Below, one piece after another: positions 9,556 through 18,206 of a stretch of 64,000 nucleotides of DNA. The position numbers were made by a program, and so were the translations under genes. This DNA is from an uncultured virus (IMG/VR IMGVR_UViG_3300026479_000007) (Duplodnaviria > Heunggongvirae > Uroviricota > Caudoviricetes). The stretch spans positions 62,001 to 126,000 of IMG/VR virus record IMGVR_UViG_3300026479_000007; one strand, given 5' to 3'. The first letter of the stretch is position 1. The number at the start of each line of letters is the position of its first letter. The notes under the pieces were generated by a model. It was not told the DNA's origin and searched no databases. It worked only from the letters and a program-made list of their open reading frames with translations.

Positions 9556-12147
9556 TTATTGATTATCTTCTTTTCTAAAATTAAAAACATCTTTTAATCC
9601 ACTAGAATTTAACCTTTCTTTATATTCTGTTGCTTTACTAACTTTTTCAGAAGCGTTTTGAATTTTCTTTAAAAAGTCAAATTGTTCTTTTTGTCTCTTT
9701 ATTAATTTTAAGATTTTCTCTTTTGCTTTTTCTTGTATTAATTTTGCTATTTTTGATTTAGCTTCAGAAACTAACCTTCTTATAAGCATAGATAAAACGA
9801 TAGAATATAAAGAATTTATTATACTCTTAGAAAATGCTGATTTTTGCTCAAAATCTTTTTCATTTCCACTTTTACAAGATTCACAAATTTCACAAGGACT
9901 TGATAAAATTTCTTTAGAGCTCAAAGGTTCTTGTCCAGTTTTTATTAACTCAGCATTTATAACACCAAATACTTGATTCATTTCAGGACTAACAGATAAA
10001 GAAACACTTATATATTGCATTATTTTTTCAATAACTATTTGAAAAAAACTTTGTTTTACTTGTGTAGAATCTTCTTCATTTCTTTGTCTTTGCATTTCTG
10101 ATTTTACATAATTATTTAATAATGTAAAAGATTCTGCTGGATTAGGTCTTTGGCTTTCAGATATTCCTAAGTCTTCAGAAGAAACTAAATCAAATTCATC
10201 TTCAAAATTTTCTGGTAAGCTTATTTCAACTTTTTGACAAGAAACTATTAATTCAATTTTTCCAGCCTCTAACTGTCTTTTTAGTTCAACTCTATTATAT
10301 TCTAATTCTTGTTCAGTTACTCCTGGATTATTAGAAATAGAATACATCTTTTCTCCACAAGCAGCAGCATTTAATAGTTTTTCTTGAACTTCTGAGTCTG
10401 GGTTTATTTTTTCTTTAGGTCCAAAAATCATTTTTATAATTTGAGCAACTAAAGCTCTTTTACCCATTGATAATGAAGGTCTTAAGTATTTTGTTAGATA
10501 TTGTTCATTTGTTAATCCTATATCATCTGGATTTACTCTAAATGAAAATGTGTTTATTATTTGATTCCTAAAATCCTCAGTTACAGAACTTAAGCTTGTT
10601 AATAATAAATTTTCATCAATTTGAATATCTGATTCTATAACTCCAACAGTTTGATTTGATGTGTTATTTGAATCAGTTGAGTCTTGATTTGGTATAAACG
10701 TAGAAGAACCAACATTTGATTGGGTAGGGACAAATTCAGCACCTTGAGGTGGATAAGTTGTTCCACTTATAACTCTTTCTTCATTTAAGCTATCATCAAA
10801 TCTTAGGAAGACTTCAATGTAGCTTTCTGATAAATCTGCATTATCAACATATTTATAACTTGGTAAACTAGCATTATTTGTAACTAAAAATACATAATTC
10901 GAATCAGTATTTCCAGGATATGTAACTCCATCTACAACTAATTCATTAGAGTCAGAAAAGTCACTTACCCAATCATAATATTTATCATCTAAAGATTGAT
11001 AATCAACAAATTCATCACCATCTATTGGTCCAATTGTTATAGATGCAGTTGGGAGACCTTTATTATTAGTAACAGTTAAAATTAAACTAGTAATATCTTC
11101 AACTCTTGTTGCATTTGCAGGTATTTTTTGTTTTTTAAATTCATAAGTTAAAGGTTCTGCAACTAAACTGTAACTATATACTAAATTTTCAGTATTTCCA
11201 CTTGAATTAGAATTAGTAACACCAGTACTATAAGATTGACTATTTCCAGAAAAACTACTATCAATTTCTAATTCAAAATTTAATATATTTTCTATATTTT
11301 TATTTTTATCAATTTCTATGTTATTTAAAGCTTCTTTATATCCATCTAAAGACGCTTTAAGAACATAGGTTCCTGATTTCAATTTCTTTATTAAATAATT
11401 ACCACTTTCATCAGAAAGTAATTCCAAAGGCGGATTAGCTCCAACAATTTCTATTTTTGCACCATTTAAGGATTTGTCTTCACTTAAAGATTTAATATTC
11501 CCAGACACATCTCCATACAGATAAGGAACTTCTGCTTTTAAAGTTCCAGTAGGTGGATAGTTAATGTCAAACTCTTCTGAATAGTAACCAACATTATTAA
11601 ATTCTGTTTTTACTTTTTTTATAAATTCATCAACTGTAATCTGAGTATCTGCTGAAAATTTTGTTACTTTTACAGTAGGAAGTCTATCTGGTATATTACT
11701 ATAAACATTTGCATACCTAGCTCCATTTACTTGAAATTCAGAAAATTCATACTCTACAACATTAGTCAATTCTTGTGTAGAAGAATTTGAATCAGATGAA
11801 TCTGAAACTGTAGTATCTTTTACTTGTGGAGCTAAATTAATTTGTCTTACATCTAAAGATTTAGCTAAACCTTTTATAATTATGTCTTCTAATAAAAATT
11901 CATTTTCACCATAAGTAGCAAAAACTTTCCTTAAAAACTGATTCATAACAGCATCAGTAGTACCTGGCCCAGATATTGCATCTAAAAATTTAGTTGATAA
12001 ATCAAAAGTGCTTATTTGTTGACTTTTCTTTAAATTTGGAAATTGAATTTTAGGTGCTGTAACATAAGTGTTAAGCGAATTTAATTTAGAAAGTGCTTTA
12101 TTTTGACTTTCTGTTAATAGTGAATTTAAAGGTTTTTTAAATGGCAT
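9556..12147 (-). CDS. Virion protein with carboxypeptidase regulatory-like (Ig-like) domain
   Basis: 863 aa; GNIKSLSEDKSLNGAKIEI...SDESGNYLIKKLKSGTYVLKASLDGY motif. Confidence 0.6.
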   Translation of the reverse strand: MPFKKPLNSLLTESQNKALSKLNSLNTYVTAPKIQFPNLKKSQQISTFDLSTKFLDAISGPGTTDAVMNQFLRKVFATYGENEFLLEDIIIKGLAKSLDVRQINLAPQVKDTTVSDSSDSNSSTQELTNVVEYEFSEFQVNGARYANVYSNIPDRLPTVKVTKFSADTQITVDEFIKKVKTEFNNVGYYSEEFDINYPPTGTLKAEVPYLYGDVSGNIKSLSEDKSLNGAKIEIVGANPPLELLSDESGNYLIKKLKSGTYVLKASLDGYKEALNNIEIDKNKNIENILNFELEIDSSFSGNSQSYSTGVTNSNSSGNTENLVYSYSLVAEPLTYEFKKQKIPANATRVEDITSLILTVTNNKGLPTASITIGPIDGDEFVDYQSLDDKYYDWVSDFSDSNELVVDGVTYPGNTDSNYVFLVTNNASLPSYKYVDNADLSESYIEVFLRFDDSLNEERVISGTTYPPQGAEFVPTQSNVGSSTFIPNQDSTDSNNTSNQTVGVIESDIQIDENLLLTSLSSVTEDFRNQIINTFSFRVNPDDIGLTNEQYLTKYLRPSLSMGKRALVAQIIKMIFGPKEKINPDSEVQEKLLNAAACGEKMYSISNNPGVTEQELEYNRVELKRQLEAGKIELIVSCQKVEISLPENFEDEFDLVSSEDLGISESQRPNPAESFTLLNNYVKSEMQRQRNEEDSTQVKQSFFQIVIEKIMQYISVSLSVSPEMNQVFGVINAELIKTGQEPLSSKEILSSPCEICESCKSGNEKDFEQKSAFSKSIINSLYSIVLSMLIRRLVSEAKSKIAKLIQEKAKEKILKLIKRQKEQFDFLKKIQNASEKVSKATEYKERLNSSGLKDVFNFRKEDNQ

Positions 12148-12155
12148 AATTTAAT

Positions 12156-12515
12156 TTATTCAGCACTTTTATTTTTATTACCGTTTATATATTTAAAAAT
12201 TTCTTTTTTCATATCATCATTAGGCATTCCGTTAGAAGATAATGAAGAATCTGGATTTGAACCATCTTTATAAATTATATCCTTTATCATTTTTGCTACA
12301 GAAAGCATCGAATTAGAACGTTCAGCAGCAACTTTTAAATAATCAACTGCAAATTTACCTTGCAAAACAAAATCTTCTGGACTAACTATAGTTTCATCTT
12401 GTCTTCTATATCTCTCTAAAGATAAATCTCTTTCTTCTTCCATATTTTTAAGAGATTTATCTAATAATTTTCGAAACATATCTTCTAAATTATTTGTATC
12501 ACCTTGATTTTCCAT
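12156..12515 (-). CDS. Hypothetical helical protein downstream of late sigma factor
   Basis: 119 aa ORF with TATTTAT motif upstream (12531-12537). Confidence 0.6.
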   Translation of the reverse strand: MENQGDTNNLEDMFRKLLDKSLKNMEEERDLSLERYRRQDETIVSPEDFVLQGKFAVDYLKVAAERSNSMLSVAKMIKDIIYKDGSNPDSSLSSNGMPNDDMKKEIFKYINGNKNKSAE

Positions 12516-12556
12516 ACTTTTAATTTATTAATAAATATATTTAACAAAAAAAATAA

Positions 12557-13441
12557 CTAATTTAATCCTCTTAAAAAATCTTCTTTAAAGTTTTTATACA
12601 TATTTCTTATTCTAGTTAAAGAATAAGTTATTTCTTTTGTTTGTAAATCTGTTCTTTCCTTAATTAAATGATACAATAAATTTTTATTGTAAATATTAAT
12701 TACTTCATGTCTATTAAATATAAAAATTATAGCCTCCATTACCTTTTTGTCATTTGGTAAAATTTTAGGATTTATTAATTCTTCTTCTAATTTTTTTATT
12801 GTCTCTCTAAAAACTACATTATTAATCTTTTCAGACTCTAAATCCATTTTCTTTTCTTCACTATCTTCTCCTAAATTTACTTCAGCTGATGAATTTTCTA
12901 TACTTATGTTACTTTGTGTATTTTTATAAGAGATTTTCTTTTCACCCATTAAATAATGCTTAGCAATAGTACCGAAAAAAGCAAAGGCTCTCGCACCTTT
13001 TGAGGGGTCATACCTATCCATTTTTGTTATTAAAAAAGACATACAATCCTCTTGTAACTCTCTTATTTCTATATCAGAACGAAAAAGTTTATAGGTAAAT
13101 ATAATGTTTTCAACTAATTTTTTTAAAGATTTATAAATATCTTCTCTAAAAATTTTTTCTTTTTTGATATTATCTTTCTCTTTTATAAAATTAGCTATAG
13201 CTCTTTCTTGTTCTACACTCCAATATACAGAGTTTTTTTCATACTTTTCTTCGACTTCTTCTTCATTGACAATTCTAGAATATTCTTCTCTAAGGAATTC
13301 AATTGTTAATTCTTTTTTATCGTCATTTTCTTGTTCAAATTCTGGATTGTATTTTGTAATATTTTTATGTAAATACAAAAATTCTTCTCCTATTGATTCA
13401 AACTTTAATTCACTTAAAGATTTTAAATTTTGCCCTGGCAT
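12557..13441 (-). CDS. gp55: Late transcription sigma factor, T4 gp55-like
   Basis: LKKLVENII...ELQEDCMSFLITKMDRYDPSKGARAFAFFGTIAKHYL matches sigma region 2 of gp55-type factors. Confidence 0.75.
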   Translation of the reverse strand: MPGQNLKSLSELKFESIGEEFLYLHKNITKYNPEFEQENDDKKELTIEFLREEYSRIVNEEEVEEKYEKNSVYWSVEQERAIANFIKEKDNIKKEKIFREDIYKSLKKLVENIIFTYKLFRSDIEIRELQEDCMSFLITKMDRYDPSKGARAFAFFGTIAKHYLMGEKKISYKNTQSNISIENSSAEVNLGEDSEEKKMDLESEKINNVVFRETIKKLEEELINPKILPNDKKVMEAIIFIFNRHEVINIYNKNLLYHLIKERTDLQTKEITYSLTRIRNMYKNFKEDFLRGLN

Positions 13442-13531
13442 TTTTCATTTTTTTTATTTTTTAGGACATTTACTTTTTTATACGTAAATGATTTGTACAA
13501 TTTTTACGTCTCATGTTTTGTTTGAAAATTT

Positions 13532-13560
13532 AAAGGCAACCTTTTTAAGAGGTTGCCTTT
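13532..13560 (-). terminator. Intrinsic terminator hairpin
   Basis: AAAGGCAACC-N9-GGTTGCCTTT immediately after the GT2-like gene stop. Confidence 0.65.
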
Positions 13561-13568
13561 TATTTTTA

Positions 13569-14519
13569 TTAGGCGGTTGTTTCTTCGTATTCTATTTCTC
13601 TATCTTCAGACATAAAGTATTCACTTTTAGCTTGTTCCATCCAAAAGCCAATCTCTTTAGCAGTCAAACCTCCATTTTCCTTAGATATTGTAGTTATATT
13701 TGAAGGGATTTTTGAAGAGAATCTATCAAAAGTTGAGCTATTAACATCCATTCTCATTTGATAACCATATCTTGGAATAGTATAAGTTTTTAAATCTTCA
13801 TAAATCATTCTTAAGAAAAATTCATATGAAGAAGCGATACTCATATTTTCCTTAAAAGGATAATATTTACCTTCTCTTTCTTCACTGTATTCTTTAATAT
13901 CTTCAACTTTCAACATACAACCTGTTGGTGATAAGCAATTCCAAGACATTAATAATTGTAAGTCAGCTTGCCCAGAAACTTCAACTTTACCTTCAAGCCA
14001 AGTAGCTTCATTTAAATGTCCAGTCATATTTCCAGCTGAAACTTGTCTTACAATTGGGAAAAATACAGATACGTCTTCTTTTTCAGTAGAGAATCTATCA
14101 AAATTATAGACCCAACTTTCTTCAACAACATCATCTTTATCAATTACAGAAAACCACTTATATCCATTTTCGTTAGCAATATTAAAAGCATCGTTAAAAA
14201 CAGAGTTAAAACTAGTTGATGTAGTTGTCTGAATAGCAAAGTTCAATGTTTTTTCTGAAGTTAAAGTTTTTGTTAAAGGATTTCCTTTATCATCTGTTTC
14301 AAAAGCTCTTTTATAAGGTTTGTTAGCTATTTCAGAAATTTTTTCTAAAGTATCTTTTTCTAAATTTTCAGAAACTAAAATCAAAACATCCGTAGGATTT
14401 GTTTGTTCTGCTAAATTATATAAAGATTCACTTAAAGTTTCTTCTTCAATTTTATTAATTGGTAATACAACTAATAAATTTTTATTATTTAAGGTTTCTA
14501 AATTCTTCAATTCTTTCAT
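13569..14519 (-). CDS. Glycosyltransferase family 2-like (GT-A fold)
   Basis: VVLPI...LAEQT, FSVIDKDDVV (DxDD), YEFFLRM. Confidence 0.65.
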   Translation of the reverse strand: MKELKNLETLNNKNLLVVLPINKIEEETLSESLYNLAEQTNPTDVLILVSENLEKDTLEKISEIANKPYKRAFETDDKGNPLTKTLTSEKTLNFAIQTTTSTSFNSVFNDAFNIANENGYKWFSVIDKDDVVEESWVYNFDRFSTEKEDVSVFFPIVRQVSAGNMTGHLNEATWLEGKVEVSGQADLQLLMSWNCLSPTGCMLKVEDIKEYSEEREGKYYPFKENMSIASSYEFFLRMIYEDLKTYTIPRYGYQMRMDVNSSTFDRFSSKIPSNITTISKENGGLTAKEIGFWMEQAKSEYFMSEDREIEYEETTA

Positions 14520-15693
14520 TTTTAATAGTGTTATAAATATTTAATACAGATTCTACTTCTTTTTCTCTTGTATACTCTGAAATTGTTCTTTCGTATTCTT
14601 TTTGAATTTCTTCTGAATCTAAAACTCCAGAAAAATATCTATCCAAAGCCATACCAATCAATTCAGCCAATTGGAAAACATCTCCGTTAACAGCCCAAAA
14701 TCCATTTTTTTCATTCACATATTCTTTACTTCCAAAAGGAGTCCAACCAACAACGTGAGTACCGCTAGCCATAGCTTCTAAAGGTAATGTACCAAATCCA
14801 GCAACTTCATCAGTATATAATGCGATAGCAGAATTTTTTAACTGTTGTGCAAATTGTTCTTTAGTTAAACCTTGAAGAGGAGCGAAACGAATCCATCTAT
14901 AATGTGGATAAAATTCATAAAATGTTCTAATAACAGTATTAGTTTTCATTTGAGACTCTGGCCCTCTACCAGGCATATAGGAAATCATTGGAGCTTTATC
15001 AGAAATTTTTTCTGGGACATTAAACAATTTTCTATCAATACCTTGTTTATAATTTTTAATATTTAAACCTGGCATAATAGTATTTAAATATTCTGTAATA
15101 CCATCTGAAACAGAAATTACATCTTTAATTCCAAAGTGTTGCCATTTTTGACCAACCTTCATACCAGATAAAACATAATACCAACTTTGAGCCATAACAA
15201 CTCTTCTACAAGGTAATTGAGAAGTGTTTTCCATAATATTAGGAAATCCTTCAGGTATAATTAAGATGTCTTCTGGATTCATTTTTAATGATTCTACTGT
15301 TTCAGTCGTTCCATCAGTATAAGTAAGAACTCCTTCAGCTAAACATCTAACATCAATTTCTTCTTTTAAATCACCTAACCAAGTTGGGTTAAATTTATCA
15401 AAAATAATTACTGGGTCTTTAGCACCTTTTAATCTAGCTTTTTGAGTAGCTTCTAATGATGCTTTATTATTTTGTTGTGGTTCATAAATGATTGCCACAC
15501 TTTTTCCAGCATCTTTTAATATTTTTGCGTGTTCGAATAAAACAGAGATACCTCCACTAGGAGTGTTCATAGCAGGACAGTATATATATACTGTATTTTC
15601 TTCTTTTTCTATTTTAGAAATAAGACTTGAAATTGCTTTTTCTCTTTGTTTTAACATTTCTTCTTCTGAAATTTGTTGAGAAACTGTTTCCAT
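14485..15693 (-). CDS. Glycosyltransferase family 4-like (GT-B fold)
   Basis: PSGG N-terminal motif, IIPE, AGFGTLPLEAMASGTHVV. Confidence 0.8.
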   Translation of the reverse strand: METVSQQISEEEMLKQREKAISSLISKIEKEENTVYIYCPAMNTPSGGISVLFEHAKILKDAGKSVAIIYEPQQNNKASLEATQKARLKGAKDPVIIFDKFNPTWLGDLKEEIDVRCLAEGVLTYTDGTTETVESLKMNPEDILIIPEGFPNIMENTSQLPCRRVVMAQSWYYVLSGMKVGQKWQHFGIKDVISVSDGITEYLNTIMPGLNIKNYKQGIDRKLFNVPEKISDKAPMISYMPGRGPESQMKTNTVIRTFYEFYPHYRWIRFAPLQGLTKEQFAQQLKNSAIALYTDEVAGFGTLPLEAMASGTHVVGWTPFGSKEYVNEKNGFWAVNGDVFQLAELIGMALDRYFSGVLDSEEIQKEYERTISEYTREKEVESVLNIYNTIKNERIEEFRNLK

Positions 15694-15760
15694 ATTATTA
15701 ATTAATTTTTTATTTATAAATGTAATATAGTACTTAAATCATAAAAGTAAACTTTAAACA

Positions 15761-15790
15761 AAAAAAAAGCCTCAAATAATTGAGACTTTT
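15761..15790 (-). terminator. Intrinsic terminator
   Basis: Minus strand AAAAGTCTCAATTATTTGAGGCTTTTTTTT, a hairpin plus U-tract. Confidence 0.65.
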
Positions 15791-15810
15791 CTTAAATTCA
15801 ATTTAAATAC

Positions 15811-16485
15811 TTATTCAAATAAATTTTTTATAAATTTTTCATTTTTTATATCATTTATAGAATCAAATGAATAATCTGATTGAGAATAAGAATTATACAT
15901 ATGATTGATTTTTATTGAAATCTTATCATTAGGTTTAGACTCAAAAACTTCAGGAGAATCACTAATAGCAACATCAGCAAATTCCCAAACATCTTTATAA
16001 TCTTCAATAAATTTTACATTTTTTACCTTACAAGCATTTTTAGCTAAGAAATGATAAGTCGAAATAATAGAAGCATCTTTACACTTTGCAAACAATACTA
16101 CATCAAACATTTTTGATACTTCTCCAAAAATTTGTAAAAAATTTACTGAATCCATAGATTTTGGAAAGCACTGAGAAGAGCCAAAAATTTGAAATGAAAA
16201 ATCATTATACATAAATTTCTCTAAATCCTCTCTATTTTCAAAAAAATAATGATTTAATAAATCAAAAGTATCTAATGGTAAATTTATTTTTTCATCAATC
16301 TGTCTTTGTATCTCTAAAATATCTTCTTCAGTTTCTTCTGGAGATTCTACATAATTAAAATTGTCATCCATCTGTACAAGAGAATCATTTTTTATAAAAG
16401 TTCTTCTGTACCAATTGTCAAATTGAGTGAAAACATCTCTTATTGTCCCATCTATTCCTATTGCTAATACTTTTTTATTTTTCAT
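15811..16485 (-). CDS. HAD-superfamily 5'(3')-nucleotidase-like protein, degenerate motif I
   Basis: IGIDGTIRD motif I; ISDSP motif IV; KINHMYN C-terminal motif. Confidence 0.6.
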   Translation of the reverse strand: MKNKKVLAIGIDGTIRDVFTQFDNWYRRTFIKNDSLVQMDDNFNYVESPEETEEDILEIQRQIDEKINLPLDTFDLLNHYFFENREDLEKFMYNDFSFQIFGSSQCFPKSMDSVNFLQIFGEVSKMFDVVLFAKCKDASIISTYHFLAKNACKVKNVKFIEDYKDVWEFADVAISDSPEVFESKPNDKISIKINHMYNSYSQSDYSFDSINDIKNEKFIKNLFE

Positions 16486-16490
16486 ATTTT

Positions 16491-16991
16491 TTATTTTGTT
16501 ATATTAATATTTTCTACTTCATCTTCATAATAAAAAGAAGATTCTTCTTTCATTATTAAATTAAAACCATATAGTTCATAATCACTTTGAACCTCTTGAT
16601 TTTTAACTGAACCTTTTCCTTTTGGAACTATAGCATACTTTTCTAAATCAATTTCTTCACTATAAATCTCTCCAGTCAAACCATTACAAAATCCAGGTTG
16701 CTTAAAAGAAACAAGTCCAACCAAATATCCTTTATCATCTATTCTTAAATTCCTAACAATACCACAACTTAAAGAATCTAAAATAAAATCATTGTAAATA
16801 TCTCTAAAAACTCCCTCTTCTTCATTGTCTATAGCATATTCCAATTCATAACCATCTATAACTCCATTCTCTTCACTTTGTTTTTGATTTTGAATCCAAT
16901 CTTCAACAACCTCTTTTGTGTAAGCTCTAAAGTTTTTATTTTTATTATCTACTTTTAATATCTTATATTCTTTTTCTATTACTTTTGACAT
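16491..16991 (-). CDS. Prohead protease paralogue lacking catalytic residues
   Basis: Colinear similarity to 34784..35428: NKNFRAY/NRNGRVY, YELEY/GELDH, IVPKGKGSVKN/ISSRGVGSVKN, VQSDYELYGFNLI/VQEDFELIGFDFV. Confidence 0.7.
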   Translation of the reverse strand: MSKVIEKEYKILKVDNKNKNFRAYTKEVVEDWIQNQKQSEENGVIDGYELEYAIDNEEEGVFRDIYNDFILDSLSCGIVRNLRIDDKGYLVGLVSFKQPGFCNGLTGEIYSEEIDLEKYAIVPKGKGSVKNQEVQSDYELYGFNLIMKEESSFYYEDEVENINITK

Positions 16992-17012
16992 ATTATATTT
17001 TTTTTATTTAAA

Positions 17013-17020
17013 CAAATATA
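17013..17020 (-). promoter_or_regulatory. Bacteroidota-type -7 promoter element TATATTTG
   Basis: Exact TAnnTTTG 21 nt upstream of the ATG at 16991. Confidence 0.5.
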
Positions 17021-17048
17021 TATTTTTTTTTATATAAATGCTAATAAA

Positions 17049-18197
17049 TTAAAACAATTCTCTATTGTTACTTAAATTTACAAATTCTTCTTCAATAATT
17101 TCTTCTTTTCCTTCAAAATTTACTAGAAAAACATCTTCCTCTTCACCAAATTCTACATCACCCCACTCTTCATTAATATCTTCACCAAAAGGTCTGATTG
17201 GTCTCAAAGCTGCTTGCATTTTTCTAGGTTCTTTATGAAAATCTACTATACATTTAAACCTTTCTAATATTGTTTGTTTTTTGTCAAATATTCTATAATA
17301 CATTTCATCATTTAAAATAAAAAAGTTTTCTTTAGATACTTCTAATTGCATAATTATATTTTCAAAACTTTTTATCATATTTTCTTTCATCTCTTTAAGA
17401 GTAGAAATTACCTCATCATAATTTAAGTTTTTATAGTCATTTTCGAAAAAGTTATTTTGATTGTAAGTCTTTAAAGGTATAGTATTAAATTCTTTATCAT
17501 CCAATTCTTCTCCAAAAAGTGAAACTTTTTTTTCAAAAGGTATTTTACTTGTAATTGAAAAATCAAAATCATATTGATTTATATCATATAATTTATTTAT
17601 TTTATTTTGTTTTAACTTTTCTTCAAAAACTTCACTTTTTTCAAAAAACTCATTTATATACTCTAAAGTTTTTAAAGTAATATTTGAATTTGCAAACTCA
17701 TAATGTTGTTCTAAATTTCCATTTTTACCTATTTGTAAATGACATATTGTTTTTGAGTTTTTATCTTTTAAAGATAATATTGCTATATCTTTTCTTCTAA
17801 CTTCAGAACTTAAATCATTTAAGCAGTTTCTCATAAACTTTGCCTCAAAATATAATTCTTTAGGAGTTAAGTTAATAATGTAACTTTTATCTGGGAAGGT
17901 GTATAAAATTCTCTTCTTTTCACTTTCATCACTCTCTATAAATTGAGAAGCGTGAAAAAAAGCTTGTTTTAAACTTTTTAAATCCTCTTTAAGTTTTATA
18001 TTTTTATTAAAAAGCTTAACAACTAAACGTATATTTTTCTTAACTTCTTCAGAATTAATAGAAAAATTTTCTTTTTCTATTTTATCTACAAACCAAACTA
18101 TGTGGTTTTGAGGAACTTTTAAACTCTTACAAAATTTTATAGTTTCTATATTTCTACCATTTGATAATAAAAACTTTTCTCTACTTGTTAATTTCAT
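17049..18197 (-). CDS. PcfJ-like domain protein
   Basis: ELYFEAKFMRNCL...ILSLKDK...LQI...Q...N motif. Confidence 0.55.
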   Translation of the reverse strand: MKLTSREKFLLSNGRNIETIKFCKSLKVPQNHIVWFVDKIEKENFSINSEEVKKNIRLVVKLFNKNIKLKEDLKSLKQAFFHASQFIESDESEKKRILYTFPDKSYIINLTPKELYFEAKFMRNCLNDLSSEVRRKDIAILSLKDKNSKTICHLQIGKNGNLEQHYEFANSNITLKTLEYINEFFEKSEVFEEKLKQNKINKLYDINQYDFDFSITSKIPFEKKVSLFGEELDDKEFNTIPLKTYNQNNFFENDYKNLNYDEVISTLKEMKENMIKSFENIIMQLEVSKENFFILNDEMYYRIFDKKQTILERFKCIVDFHKEPRKMQAALRPIRPFGEDINEEWGDVEFGEEEDVFLVNFEGKEEIIEEEFVNLSNNRELF

Positions 18198-18206
18198 TTT
18201 TATATA

